Of a stretch of DNA of 64,000 bases, positions 9,333 through 19,089 are shown piece after piece. A program made the translations under genes and the position numbers. Origin of the DNA: Longimicrobiales bacterium (GTDB lineage: Bacteria > Gemmatimonadota > Gemmatimonadetes > Longimicrobiales > Gaopeijiaceae); the NCBI GenBank assembly GCA_965203485.1, contig OZ241892.1, forward strand, positions 1,856,001-1,920,000. The letters are read 5' to 3'. The notes beneath the pieces are model-generated. The model was not told the origin of the DNA and did no database searches. It saw only the letters and a program-made list of their open reading frames with translations. The stretch's first letter is position 1; each line of letters starts with the position of its first letter.

Positions 9333-10727
9333 TCAGCTCGGGCCGGGACCCGGGCCTACCAGCGTCGGACGGACGAGAATCAGGAGGTCGCGCTCGGTCA
9401 GAGACTCCGACCGGTTGCTGAAGAGCCGGCCCAGCAACGGAAGGTCCATGAGCAACGGGACGCCCGAACGCACTTCGCCTTGCTCCTTGACGGTCAGACC
9501 ACCGATGACCACTACCTCTCCGTTCCGAACCAGCACCTGCGACTCCGCCTTCTGCCGGCGAAAGACGACGCCGACGTCCGAGGGCGCGAGGTCGGCCGAA
9601 GAGCGCTCCGCGACGAGTTCCAGCAGGATTTCGTCGTCCGACGCGACGCGCGGCGTGACCTCGAGGATGACGCCCGTTTCCTTGTAGTCCACCGTCGCGA
9701 GCGGAACGGCGCTGCCCCGGCCCTCGCCGGCGGCGACGCCGAGTTGGGCGCCCGCGTCGATGACGCGGACCGGCGTCTCCTCGCCGACCACGATCTTGGC
9801 CGTCCGGTTGTCCATGACGCGGACCGACGGCTGCGCTTCGACGTCGGTGAGCTGCAGCGATTCCAGCGCGTCCACGAAACCGACGAGGGTGTGGCGGCCG
9901 ACGACCAGCGACGCGAGCACGGACAGCGTTGGGTTCGCGATGCGCCGGGTGGCGTTGCCCAGCGCGGCGATCGAGGACCCGTACAGACTGACCACGTCCA
10001 CGCCCCGCGGCACGTCCTGGTCCTCGCCCTCGACCTCGCGGACACCGGGCGTGAGCAGGTTGAGCTGGTTGCCCTCTCGATCGGTGAGATCGTACGTGAT
10101 CCCGAGACCCTCCATCGCGGTGCGGTTCACGAAGACGATCTTGGCCGCGATGTCGATCTGGCGGACGCGCACGTCCAGCGCGGCGACCAGCCGGCGGACC
10201 GATTCGACGACGCGCGGAACGTCGGTGACCACGATCGTGTTGGCGCCCCGCCCCGCCGACACGCGGCCGCGCTCGCTGAGCAGGGCGGCGACCAGCTCCA
10301 GGATCTCGTCGGCCCGCGCGTACCGGATGCGAAAGGGCGCCGCTTCGAGAGGGACGACGGCTTCGCGGGCGAAGAGCGCCGACGCCGAGGCGACGCGGAC
10401 GATGCCGTGCTCGTCCGCTCGGGCGACGAGCCCGTGCGCTTCCAGGATGGCGTCGAGGGCCACCTCCCACGGCTGGTCGCGTATTTCCGCCGACACCAGC
10501 CCGGCGACGTCGGCGCCCGCGACGATCGATTGCCCCGAGATGTCGGCGAATGCGAAGAGCACTTCTCGGATCGGCGCGTCGAAGAAGGACACGGTGACGG
10601 CTTCGCCAGCGCCGGCCGCGGGCGGAGCCTGCAAGCCGAATCCCGCAACGGCCGCGGCGGCGGGAGGCGGCCACGCGGCGGCGGCGCAGGCCGTGGCCGC
10701 GCCCAGGAGTCCGGCGCGGACCGTCAT
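9333..10727 (-). CDS. pilQ: Type IV pilus secretin (short, no AMIN domains)
   Basis: STN/N-domain (VSFFDAPIREVL..FADISG), LDVRVRQIDIAAKIV, and secretin C-domain (TGVILEVTPRV, VLVRNGEVVVIGGL, GVPLLMDLPLLGRLF); last gene of pilMNOP. Confidence 0.9.
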   Translation of the reverse strand: MTVRAGLLGAATACAAAAWPPPAAAAVAGFGLQAPPAAGAGEAVTVSFFDAPIREVLFAFADISGQSIVAGADVAGLVSAEIRDQPWEVALDAILEAHGLVARADEHGIVRVASASALFAREAVVPLEAAPFRIRYARADEILELVAALLSERGRVSAGRGANTIVVTDVPRVVESVRRLVAALDVRVRQIDIAAKIVFVNRTAMEGLGITYDLTDREGNQLNLLTPGVREVEGEDQDVPRGVDVVSLYGSSIAALGNATRRIANPTLSVLASLVVGRHTLVGFVDALESLQLTDVEAQPSVRVMDNRTAKIVVGEETPVRVIDAGAQLGVAAGEGRGSAVPLATVDYKETGVILEVTPRVASDDEILLELVAERSSADLAPSDVGVVFRRQKAESQVLVRNGEVVVIGGLTVKEQGEVRSGVPLLMDLPLLGRLFSNRSESLTERDLLILVRPTLVGPGPGPS

Positions 10728-11860
10728 CGGGGAAACCGCGGGCGTGGTCGCGGCGCCGGCAGCGTTTGGACGACCGGGCCGCGCGGCCCGCCGATTTCCA
10801 CCAGCACGCCGTTCCAGGCGGCATCGAGGAGCCGCACGAGGCCGTGCCTCTCGCCGACGCGCAGGCGAAGCGGGCGGGTGGGCGGGGCCGCTCCGGTCAC
10901 CGGAGCCCGGGCCAGCAACGCCAAGCCAAGGCGCGGGTCGTCGCTCGCGACGACCCCCAGCAGGCGGAGGGTTCCGCGCGCAGTTTCGGTCGGCTGGGCG
11001 CCGCCGGGGACGGCAAACGGATTGCGCCGCCCCGTCGCGGGATAGCGAAACACTTCTCGCTCGAACACGAGCGGCGGCGGGGCGTCCTCCTGCGGCGCAG
11101 GCCGGTTCGGGGAGCAGCACGCAACCGCGACCGCGCGCGCCAGCGGCAGGGCCTTCGGAGCGTGGCCGGCGGAAAGGGCGGAGGAGAGCGACATCGTCGG
11201 CGCGGGTGGTGGAGTCGGCCGCGGGACGCTCGGAGCGTGGCCGGCGCCGCCGGGCCGCGTGCCGCGAGGCGCTCCTTCAGTAGCGTCGTCCGCCTCGGGA
11301 GCGGCCGCAGCGAAGACGTACGTGCGAATCTCCAGCGTAGCGAGCACTTTGCCGTCTGCCTCCGATCCGGGCAGGGACGCGACGACGAGATTGTCGGGAA
11401 CGACGATCCGCTCCAGCGAGGCCACGCGCGAGAGAAAGGCCCCGACGGCGTGGTAGCCGCCCTGCACGGCGATCTCGTAGCTCCACTGCTCGTAGAACTC
11501 GCCCGAGACCCGGGGCTGCGGGCGCATCACCGTCATCGCCACGCCGGCCCGGCGTTCCTCCCGCGACACGGCTTCGAGCAGCTGCGGGACCTCGCCGCTG
11601 CCCGGGATGAGCGTCTCGAGCCGGGCGACATAGCGCTCGTAGCGGCCCAGACGCTCCCCGAGGCCGCCGCCGCCGAGTTCCGTTGCCGCCTCGGCCCGCC
11701 GGTTGCGCTCGCGCATCTCCATCACTCGGGCCGCGACGGCGTCCGTGCGCTCCGCCCTGGGAGCGTGAAGGCGCGCCCGGAAGAGGTAGAGAGCGGCCAG
11801 AGCGAGCGCCGCGACGAGGACCGACCTGCGGCGGACCGGATCGGCGGAGAGCCGGCGCAT
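10724..11860 (-). CDS. pilO: PilO with a fused C-terminal PilP-like domain
   Basis: TM helix and coiled coil, then IP...EVPQLLEAVS and GGYHAVGAFLSRVASLERIV (PilO). A Pro/Ala linker follows, then REVFRYPATGRRNPF...LRLLGVV...LRVGE (PilP-like). Confidence 0.75.
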   Translation of the reverse strand: MRRLSADPVRRRSVLVAALALAALYLFRARLHAPRAERTDAVAARVMEMRERNRRAEAATELGGGGLGERLGRYERYVARLETLIPGSGEVPQLLEAVSREERRAGVAMTVMRPQPRVSGEFYEQWSYEIAVQGGYHAVGAFLSRVASLERIVVPDNLVVASLPGSEADGKVLATLEIRTYVFAAAAPEADDATEGAPRGTRPGGAGHAPSVPRPTPPPAPTMSLSSALSAGHAPKALPLARAVAVACCSPNRPAPQEDAPPPLVFEREVFRYPATGRRNPFAVPGGAQPTETARGTLRLLGVVASDDPRLGLALLARAPVTGAAPPTRPLRLRVGERHGLVRLLDAAWNGVLVEIGGPRGPVVQTLPAPRPRPRFPR

Positions 11861-11900
11861 CAGCGGTTCCTGCGACCGAGACCGGCGGGCGGGCGGTGCA

Positions 11901-12575
11901 TCAACGGCCCCTGCCGGTGGATGTCCCGAACAGCACGACCATGTCCAGCTCGGCCGGCGGAGGGGGCACTTGGTGGGCCTCCAGCACGAAGTAGTAGACT
12001 TCGGCCGCAGCCTCTCCGTCGGCGCGCGGCTCCACCACGTGTTCCGTGCTCACCAAGCGCACGTCGGCGATGGAGCGCGACGCCTCGAGCCCGTTCCAGA
12101 ACCGGGTGAGCGCGAAGTTGCTCGACGCCTTGCCCTCCACGCGAAACCGCGCCGGCTCGGACGGCTCGATCTGCTCCAAGTGCGTGAGCCATGCCTCGGC
12201 GGGAAGCGCGGCCGCCACTTCGTCGAGGGTGCGCGGCCAAGCATGGCGGCGGGCGTCGATCTTCCGGATCGCCTCGGCCCTGCCGGCTATCGAGTCGCGG
12301 CGAGCAGCGAGCGTCTCGGTCTGGGCGATGAGCGCCGCGAGGCGCACGGAATCTTCGGTCGCGGCCCGCAAGTCGTTCTGCGCGCGCCCCGCCCTTCTCG
12401 CCTCGGCGGCGAACATCGCCACCGCCGCGGCCAGCGACAGCAACGACGCCAAGCTGGCCACTGCGACCCACGGATCGGCAGCCAAGCCGCGGACGTAGGC
12501 CATGCGCAACGACCTCGGCCGGACTTCGTCCGCGGCAGGCTGGCGCCCCTTGGGCAGCAAGTTGACTTCGATCAT
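11901..12575 (-). CDS. pilN: Type IV pilus assembly protein PilN
   Basis: MIEVNLLP start, TM helix, coiled coil, WPRTLDEVAAALPAEAWLT. Confidence 0.88.
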   Translation of the reverse strand: MIEVNLLPKGRQPAADEVRPRSLRMAYVRGLAADPWVAVASLASLLSLAAAVAMFAAEARRAGRAQNDLRAATEDSVRLAALIAQTETLAARRDSIAGRAEAIRKIDARRHAWPRTLDEVAAALPAEAWLTHLEQIEPSEPARFRVEGKASSNFALTRFWNGLEASRSIADVRLVSTEHVVEPRADGEAAAEVYYFVLEAHQVPPPPAELDMVVLFGTSTGRGR

Positions 12576-12609
12576 GGTCCGGGCCCATCCGGGTTCTTGG
12601 CTGGTGCGC

Positions 12610-13653
12610 TCACGGGGCACGCAACGCCAGCCCCACTGCCAGCAACAGCATCGCCGGAGCCTCCGACAGCCAGGCGCTGCCGCCCGCCAAGCCGGGCCGG
12701 ATCGCGACGCGCTCGAACGGATTCGCCACGCGGGTCTCGGCGCGGAGCCGGTCGGCCACGCCCTCGGCCATCCCGGGGATGCTCGCCCCGCCCCCGCCCA
12801 AGTAGACCCGGCCCAGGCCGGCCGACGATCCGTGCACCGTCAGGAAGGCGGTGGCGCGTTCGATCTCGGCCGCGATCTGCTCGGCCGTCTCGCGGACCCG
12901 CCGGTCGGCTTCGGGCGGACGGCTCGATCCGTACACTAGTTCCGGCGCTTGCTCGCCGGGCACGCCCGATCCTCGCTGAAGCGCCGTCTCGACCGCCTTG
13001 GACCCGACCGGCAGGTTCGCCCAAGCAACCGGGACTCCGTTGTCGACGACGCTCAGGTTGGTGACTTGGTGGCCGATGTCGGCCAGCGCCGCAGTCCCCT
13101 CGCTCGCACCGGGATAGTTGTGGCAGAACGCGTTGTGGAGCGCGAGCGCCTCGACCTCCAGCACGGACGGGGCGATTCCCGCTTGGGCCAGGAGCGCAGC
13201 CCTCGCGTCCACGACCTCGTTCTTGGCAGCCACGAGGAGAACCTGAACCCTGCCGCCAGCCGCCGAGGAGAGGACGTGATGGTCCACCTGCACGCCGCCG
13301 ATGTCGAAGGGCACGCGGCGCTGCGCCTCCAGGCGGACGGCGCCTGCGATCTCCGACCCGTCCGCGGCCGCGACTTCGATTCTCTTCAGGAAGACGTCGT
13401 GTCCGCCCACCGCCGCGACCATGTCGGGGAGCCGGCCGCCATCCCGGTCCGTCAAGGCGCCGAGCGCCTTCGCGACCTCGTCGGCTTGGACGACCGCCCC
13501 CTCCACCACCGCCCCGGGACTCAGGGCCCGGACGTCGACGCGAACTACCTCGGGCCGGTCGCCCGCGTGGTCGATCTCCACCAGCTTCGCGAAGCGGCTT
13601 CCGATGTCCAGCCCTGCGACGGTCCTCGGCCGCTGGAACCATTCGATGCTCAT
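12610..13653 (-). CDS. pilM: Type IV pilus assembly protein PilM
   Basis: Actin-like motifs GLDIGS, DIG, LGGGGA, ANPF, AVGLALR. Confidence 0.92.
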   Translation of the reverse strand: MSIEWFQRPRTVAGLDIGSRFAKLVEIDHAGDRPEVVRVDVRALSPGAVVEGAVVQADEVAKALGALTDRDGGRLPDMVAAVGGHDVFLKRIEVAAADGSEIAGAVRLEAQRRVPFDIGGVQVDHHVLSSAAGGRVQVLLVAAKNEVVDARAALLAQAGIAPSVLEVEALALHNAFCHNYPGASEGTAALADIGHQVTNLSVVDNGVPVAWANLPVGSKAVETALQRGSGVPGEQAPELVYGSSRPPEADRRVRETAEQIAAEIERATAFLTVHGSSAGLGRVYLGGGGASIPGMAEGVADRLRAETRVANPFERVAIRPGLAGGSAWLSEAPAMLLLAVGLALRAP

Positions 13654-14771
13654 GGGGCGCCGGGCAGAAGCGGCCCCGCCCCGGAGCGTCTCGGCAAGGA
13701 GACCGGCCGACGCAACGCAGGCGCGTTCGACAGGCTGGCCAGCGCCGCGCACGGCGATCCGTCCACCACGGCGCCCGGGGCAACCGTCACGGCACCGCCG
13801 GTGCGAAGAAGTCCGAGCAAGCGAGAGGAGTCCAGCAACGCAACGGATCCGGAGACGAGCACCAAGCCGGTCCACGAGCCGCCCGAATTCAGCGTGAGAT
13901 CGCCGTCCACGACCAGCACGCCCGCCCCGGCTCCGCTCACGACAACGTTGCCGCGGCCGGCCACCAAGCCCTGCCACGAGGGCCCGCCCGGCGGCATTCC
14001 CGGCGGCGGCGCAATCCCGGGCTCGGCTCGGTCGGCCATGGCGAGCAACTGAGATGCGCCGAACCAGCCCAGCCGCACGGCTTCGTAGCCCGACCCTGGG
14101 CGCCCACCCCATTCCGGCGGTCCCGGCGCCGCCCGCCGCAACGGGACGCCGCCGCCGAACGCCTGGGCGATCGCGGCTTCCCGGGCACAGCCCGTCATCC
14201 CGGCCCGCGCCGCCAGCAGAGAATCGGCTTCGATCGTCGCGCCCGGCGTCACCGCAGGGCTCTCAACGACGGCGCCGTGGCCCGCCACCCGCGTCGCCGG
14301 ATCCATCCACCACGCGACGCGCCCTTCCCGCCACGGAGGCAACGCGTCCACCGCGGCCTCGCCGATCAGCAAGTGCAGCTCGGCCGACACGCGGACCGAG
14401 GCGACGCTCCAGGCCACGCCGGTCGAGAACACGCCCGCCGCAAGCCGAACGGCGGAGTCGCCGGCCACGGCCGCCGACGCGCCGCGCGTCGAGGCCAACG
14501 CGCTCTCGATGCCCGCCCGCGCCGCGGCCCGCGCCTCGACCACCCGGCCCGCCGCGGCCGCGGCCCGGACTTGGCCGACGGCGCCCGCGACCGCCGCTGA
14601 CGCGATCCCGAGGGCAACCAGCATTCCAAGCAGCACGAACACAAGCGCGAACCCGGCCTCGGCTCCTCCGTCCGCATGGCCCGGCGCGGTGGCGCAGCCG
14701 CCCCCGCCTGCTGGGCCGACGAGCTCCATGCGCCGCGGCGCCGCGGCGGTCTCGGTGGCCGACCAACTCAT
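13650..14771 (-). CDS. PilX/PilK-like minor pilin
   Basis: GFALVFVLLGMLVAL (no Glu5, as in PilX/GspK-like pilins), A..AARAGIE, C-terminal G.GVLVVDGDL. Confidence 0.7.
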   Translation of the reverse strand: MSWSATETAAAPRRMELVGPAGGGGCATAPGHADGGAEAGFALVFVLLGMLVALGIASAAVAGAVGQVRAAAAAGRVVEARAAARAGIESALASTRGASAAVAGDSAVRLAAGVFSTGVAWSVASVRVSAELHLLIGEAAVDALPPWREGRVAWWMDPATRVAGHGAVVESPAVTPGATIEADSLLAARAGMTGCAREAAIAQAFGGGVPLRRAAPGPPEWGGRPGSGYEAVRLGWFGASQLLAMADRAEPGIAPPPGMPPGGPSWQGLVAGRGNVVVSGAGAGVLVVDGDLTLNSGGSWTGLVLVSGSVALLDSSRLLGLLRTGGAVTVAPGAVVDGSPCAALASLSNAPALRRPVSLPRRSGAGPLLPGAP

Positions 14772-15499
14772 TCGCGCCCCCAGACGGTCCATTGGAACGA
14801 GTCCGTCAGCACGCCGCCCGTCCACTTCACGCGTGCCCGCAGGCCGCCTCCCGGCGCCGACTCCAGCGCCGTGGAATCGAGGTCCACGTTCTCGCTCGTG
14901 AGGGGCTGCGCTCCAGGGCGGCGGGCGCGCCCGGGCAGGCGGTCGCCTTGATAGCGAAACGCGCCCTCGGAGAACCGATACCCTCCTCGCTCGAAGAGGA
15001 GACCGACGGCCGGGCTCTGCGGCGCCGGATCGAGCACCCACGCCTGCCGCTCGAATCCGCGCATCTCCGGGCAGTCCAGCTGCTTCCGCGAACCGGCGCG
15101 CGCCAACCTCGCCGCCTGCCAGAGACCGTCGCCGGAGAGCACCAGCACGGAGTCCTTGCGGGAGCTGGGATCGCGATGCCCGGACCAGGCGACGCCCCAT
15201 CCTTGGGTCGGCTGGCCGCGGCAAGCGACGGCCACGCCGCGAAAGGCTCGCAGACGCAACTCGCCGTCGACGAGCGCCCAGTCCTCGCCTTGCTTGCCGA
15301 CTCCCGTCTCGGCGACGAGCACGTGGCGGACCAGCCGCGTCTCGTCCAGGACGCGGGCAACCTCCGACGCCCGGACCGCCACCGACGCCTGCACGGCGAT
15401 CATCCACCAGCCCGCCTGAACGAGCAGCAGGAGCAGCGCCGCGCTCACGACCGCCTCGGCCAGCATGAAGCCGCCCCTCCCCGTCCGGCCGCGCTTCAT
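14768..15499 (-). CDS. PilW-like minor pilin
   Basis: Class III signal GRGG|FMLAEAVVSAALLLLLV; overlaps both neighbours. Confidence 0.7.
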   Translation of the reverse strand: MKRGRTGRGGFMLAEAVVSAALLLLLVQAGWWMIAVQASVAVRASEVARVLDETRLVRHVLVAETGVGKQGEDWALVDGELRLRAFRGVAVACRGQPTQGWGVAWSGHRDPSSRKDSVLVLSGDGLWQAARLARAGSRKQLDCPEMRGFERQAWVLDPAPQSPAVGLLFERGGYRFSEGAFRYQGDRLPGRARRPGAQPLTSENVDLDSTALESAPGGGLRARVKWTGGVLTDSFQWTVWGRE

Positions 15500-15846
15500 G
15501 GGGCCACCCGCACCGCAAAGGCGAACTCGACCGGCGCCGAAAGCGCGTGGTGCTCGAAGCGAGCCGTGGCCTCCGCCCCAGGAGCCGCGGGCACGTTCCA
15601 CGCGAGCCTGCCGAAGCGCGTTTCGCGGACCCCGGCCGACGGCCGGGCCCCCGAGGCGCTCGCCGAGTCCATGAAGCTCTGCAACGCGGCGTGGGTCTCG
15701 TCGAGCGCGCGCACGCGCACGAGCGCCGCCACCGACATCCGCGTAAGCGAGGCCACGCTCGCCAGCCCAACGCCAAGGACGACGAGGGCGACGAGCACCT
15801 CCGGCAACGAAGCGCCCGTCCGGTCGCTTGCGCGCTTCCGGGTCAT
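15496..15846 (-). CDS. PilV-like minor pilin
   Basis: G|ASLPEVLVALVVLGVGL prepilin motif; 116 aa. Confidence 0.72.
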   Translation of the reverse strand: MTRKRASDRTGASLPEVLVALVVLGVGLASVASLTRMSVAALVRVRALDETHAALQSFMDSASASGARPSAGVRETRFGRLAWNVPAAPGAEATARFEHHALSAPVEFAFAVRVAP

Positions 15847-16307
15847 CGCCGCAACACCCTTCCGTACGACGAGACGACGAGTTGCCGACTCTGGCCCCGA
15901 AGCGAGAAGGTCAGCGTCCGGGCGGCCATCTTCCCCAGTCCGAGCGGCCCGAAGGACACGGCGTCCCGCCCGGTCCAGGCAACCGACACGCCGCCCAGCC
16001 CCAAGTCCGCGAACGCCACCGTGTCGCCAGCGTCCGAGACGACCAGCCCCGAAGGCGGGTCTTGCACCAGCAAGACCTTCGCGCCGCCGTCGGCGACCGC
16101 CGCCCACCGCGCCTCGGCGAACAGGCGCGCGGCCTGCTCGCGGGCCTCGCGCACCATGAACGCGTCGAGCATCTCGGCGGCCGCGGTCCACACGGGCGGC
16201 GCCAGCACGGCCAGCAGCGCGAGCACCAGCGCTATCTCGACAATCGCGAACCCGGATCGCGGATCCCGGGGCGCGGCGGCCGGTCGCCGCGAACTCAGTT
16301 CGTGCAT
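15843..16307 (-). CDS. FimT/GspH-like minor pilin
   Basis: G|FAIVEIALVLALLAVLA, EARWAAV, VSFGPLG, VVSSYGRV. Confidence 0.72.
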   Translation of the reverse strand: MHELSSRRPAAAPRDPRSGFAIVEIALVLALLAVLAPPVWTAAAEMLDAFMVREAREQAARLFAEARWAAVADGGAKVLLVQDPPSGLVVSDAGDTVAFADLGLGGVSVAWTGRDAVSFGPLGLGKMAARTLTFSLRGQSRQLVVSSYGRVLRR

Positions 16308-16693
16308 GCAACGACCCCGGGGTCCGCCGGATCGCCTCGCAGGCCGGCCTTGCTGGCGTCCCCGAAGAAGATGCCGCACCCCATCGCGACGTTGCCCAGC
16401 CCCTTGTGCGTCGCCGTGGCGGACCAGCCGGACGACGCAACCTTCAAGGCAAGGCTGTCCACTCCCTCGGAGCGGACGAACCCCAAGCTGTCTTCGAACG
16501 CCGAGTACTGATAGTTGGTCGCGTAGTGGAGTTCCTGCTGGGCCGCCAAGTTCTTCAGATCGGACTTGAGGGCCGCATAGTAGGCCATCTCGCGAGTCTC
16601 GGAGAACTGCGGCAACGCGATCGACGCAATGACGCCGATGATCACGAGCACGACCAGCAGCTCGATGAGCGTGAACCCTCTTTCGTCGTTCAT
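16295..16693 (-). CDS. pilA: Type IV major pilin
   Basis: MNDERG|FTLIELLVVLVIIGVIASIALPQF, KSDLKNL, C-terminal Cys pair; AGGAG ribosome-binding site upstream. Confidence 0.88.
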   Translation of the reverse strand: MNDERGFTLIELLVVLVIIGVIASIALPQFSETREMAYYAALKSDLKNLAAQQELHYATNYQYSAFEDSLGFVRSEGVDSLALKVASSGWSATATHKGLGNVAMGCGIFFGDASKAGLRGDPADPGVVACTN

Positions 16694-17207
16694 GTTTCAG
16701 TCTCCTGTGGGCGACAGCGATTGCAACCAGGCGCTCGGCCGGCGGCGCCCAAGTCGGACTTCCGGGTGTCCGTCGCGGTTGTTTCCGTGACACGTTGGGC
16801 GGGCCGGGGCGCGGCGAGAGAGAACGGTCGCACCGATTCGCGGGCGTTGGCATGGCCGGATCGGACCGCTTATTGGACGCCCCGGGGAGTCGCCGAAAAC
16901 CCGATTCGCCTAGAAAAGCAAGGAGATTTCGACAACTCGGCAACGGCGTAGGCGCCCACGCAACCACGCGCACCGAGGCTCGAGAAACGCGCATCGCCTC
17001 TGCGACCGGAAGCCGTCGCGCGGCCGGCGGTCGGCCCCGCGAGACGCATGCAACGCCGGCGGAGCCCACCGCGCACGGCCCCCCGCAACAAACCGACACG
17101 CGGCCAGGCCCAAGGCCGACGGGCCGACACGGCGCGCACGCCGGCCTCCAACCGCAAGCGAACCGGCATGCGGCCGGTCGCGCGATCGGCGAACTACCTG
17201 CTGCGCG

Positions 17208-17978
17208 TCAGCGGTCCGGCAGCGCGGGCCCAGAGCCGGGCCCCCGCCTGCCGCTCGCGTCCGGCCGCTCCGGCTCCCAACGGGGCGCGCGGGGCCCGGA
17301 CACGCGGCACCGGGCGATGTGCCACACGGTCGCGACGCCGTCCTTCCAGCCGATCTTCTTGCCCGCCGCGCGGTTGCGGCCCTCGTAGCTGACGGAAACC
17401 TCGGCGAAGCGGGCGCCCGCTTGGGCTAGGCGCGCGGTGATCTCGGCCTCGACGGCGAATCCGTCGCACTCGAGCGGGAGCGTCCGCAACAGGTCGGCGC
17501 GCATCGCCTTGTAGCACGTCTCCATGTCGGTCAGGCGGAGCCCGGTGGCCGCGTTGCTGAGAAGCGTGAGCGCGCGGTTGCCCAGCGCGTGCCAGGACAT
17601 CCGTGTCCGCCGGGACGCCGCCGCGAAGCGGGAGCCGTAGACGGCGTCGGCGGTCCCGGAGACGATCGGCCGAACAAGGCGGGGGAGGTCCGCCGGATCA
17701 TATTCCAGGTCGGCGTCCTGCAACACGACGATGTCGCCGCTTGCCCGCGCGAAGCCTGTCCGCAACGCGGCGCCCTTGCCTCGGTTCCGGGCGTGGAGCA
17801 CGAGATGGGAGATCAAGCGCCCGGACCTGCGCAGGCGAACAAGGATGTCCCGCGTCCCGTCCGTGGATCCGTCGTCCACGACGATCACTTCCTTGTCGAG
17901 CGGGACTTCGGCGACCCGTTGGAGCAACCGCTCCGCCGTGGCCCGCTCGTTGTAGGCCGGCACGACGATCGACACCAC
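17208..17978 (-). CDS. Glycosyltransferase family 2 (polyprenol-phosphate glycosyltransferase-like)
   Basis: Motifs VSIVVPAYNE, VVDDGSTDGT, NRGKGAA, QDADLEYDP, VYGSRF, TDMETCYK. Confidence 0.92.
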   Translation of the reverse strand: MVSIVVPAYNERATAERLLQRVAEVPLDKEVIVVDDGSTDGTRDILVRLRRSGRLISHLVLHARNRGKGAALRTGFARASGDIVVLQDADLEYDPADLPRLVRPIVSGTADAVYGSRFAAASRRTRMSWHALGNRALTLLSNAATGLRLTDMETCYKAMRADLLRTLPLECDGFAVEAEITARLAQAGARFAEVSVSYEGRNRAAGKKIGWKDGVATVWHIARCRVSGPRAPRWEPERPDASGRRGPGSGPALPDR

Positions 17979-18072
17979 GCCCGCGCCAGCCGGCTTGTCG
18001 CCGACGGCAACGGACCCCGCAGAGCGACCGCCCTCGGTTCCGGGCCTCGCCGGCGCTGGACGTCCGATGGCT

Positions 18073-18837
18073 CTAGGATCCGTTGAGGGGCACTTCCAGC
18101 GTCTGGCCGGGATAGATGCGCGAGCCCCGGATGTTGTTGGCCGACTTCAGCCGTTCAACTGTAGTGCCATAGGACCGAGCGATCCCCCACAGGGAGTCGC
18201 CGTTGCGCACCTTGTGCCTCGCCACGCGCGGCTCGGCCGGCTCCCCGGCCGCCAACCGCGCCGCCCGCGCGCTGACCAAGCGGTCCACGTACCGCCCGTA
18301 CTGCTGGGGATACAGCGCGATGTGATAGTGCGGGGGCCGGCGCTCGCGCGTCGCTTGAAGCACGCCGGTTCCCTCAAGGTCGAGCAGGACGCCCTCTAGC
18401 CAAGACCGGCAAGCCGGCGAGTTGCTGCGCCTAAGGTCCACGGCCATTCCCGTCGGGTGCACCGAGAGGTCGGACGCGTTGCGGGGCTGGCGCGACTTGG
18501 GGCGGGTCAAGCTGGTCACCACAAGCTGCTCGCCGCAGGCCCGGCGGTACTGGCCGGCGAGACGCTCGACGAACAGCCGCACTTCCGGCCGCGCGTACTT
18601 GAACGACACGCCCGCGTGCACGGTGTAGTCGGCGTTCCCCCGGAGGCGCACCAGCAATCCCAGGTCGACGAAGCGGCTCACGTGGGACGAGTTCCGAAGG
18701 AACGTGAAGTCGTGCGTCAGGGCTTGGTTGTACTGCTCCCGCATCGCCCCGTGGCTGCCCCTCAGGCTCTGCGCCCACCCGGGCGCCGGCGCGCAAGCAC
18801 CCAAAACGACCATGGCCACGAGAGTCCTGCTCCGCAT
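18073..18837 (-). CDS. Secreted DUF5715/M15-like putative peptidoglycan peptidase with C-terminal LysM
   Basis: Signal peptide; VTSLTR, SVHPTGMAVD and HYH motifs; LysM HKVRNGDSLWGIARSYGTTVERLKSANNI. Confidence 0.8.
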   Translation of the reverse strand: MRSRTLVAMVVLGACAPAPGWAQSLRGSHGAMREQYNQALTHDFTFLRNSSHVSRFVDLGLLVRLRGNADYTVHAGVSFKYARPEVRLFVERLAGQYRRACGEQLVVTSLTRPKSRQPRNASDLSVHPTGMAVDLRRSNSPACRSWLEGVLLDLEGTGVLQATRERRPPHYHIALYPQQYGRYVDRLVSARAARLAAGEPAEPRVARHKVRNGDSLWGIARSYGTTVERLKSANNIRGSRIYPGQTLEVPLNGS

Positions 18838-19089
18838 GCGCGCGCCTCCTCGGCCCAAGGACCTCAAGTCGCCGAATCCAAGCCCGGCCGTGCGGCCGGC
18901 CCGGACAAGGTAATGCATCCTGCCGACGATGTAAACATTTGGCTACACTGTCGTTGTCCTATCAAAATAGAAATGTCCGGGGGTAGGCCAAAGCAGAAAT
19001 GTCCCGTCTTGGGGGTGGCCAGTGGGGTCCTTTCGCCTGCGGCGCGGGCGCGTTCGTGGTGACCGCCGGGCACCGGGTGGCGGACGTCC

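Noticed and set aside
16694..17207. Possible c-di-GMP riboswitch or sigma54 promoter upstream of pilA
   Set aside because: No convincing GEMM stems; TTGCA is present but the GG at -24 is missing.
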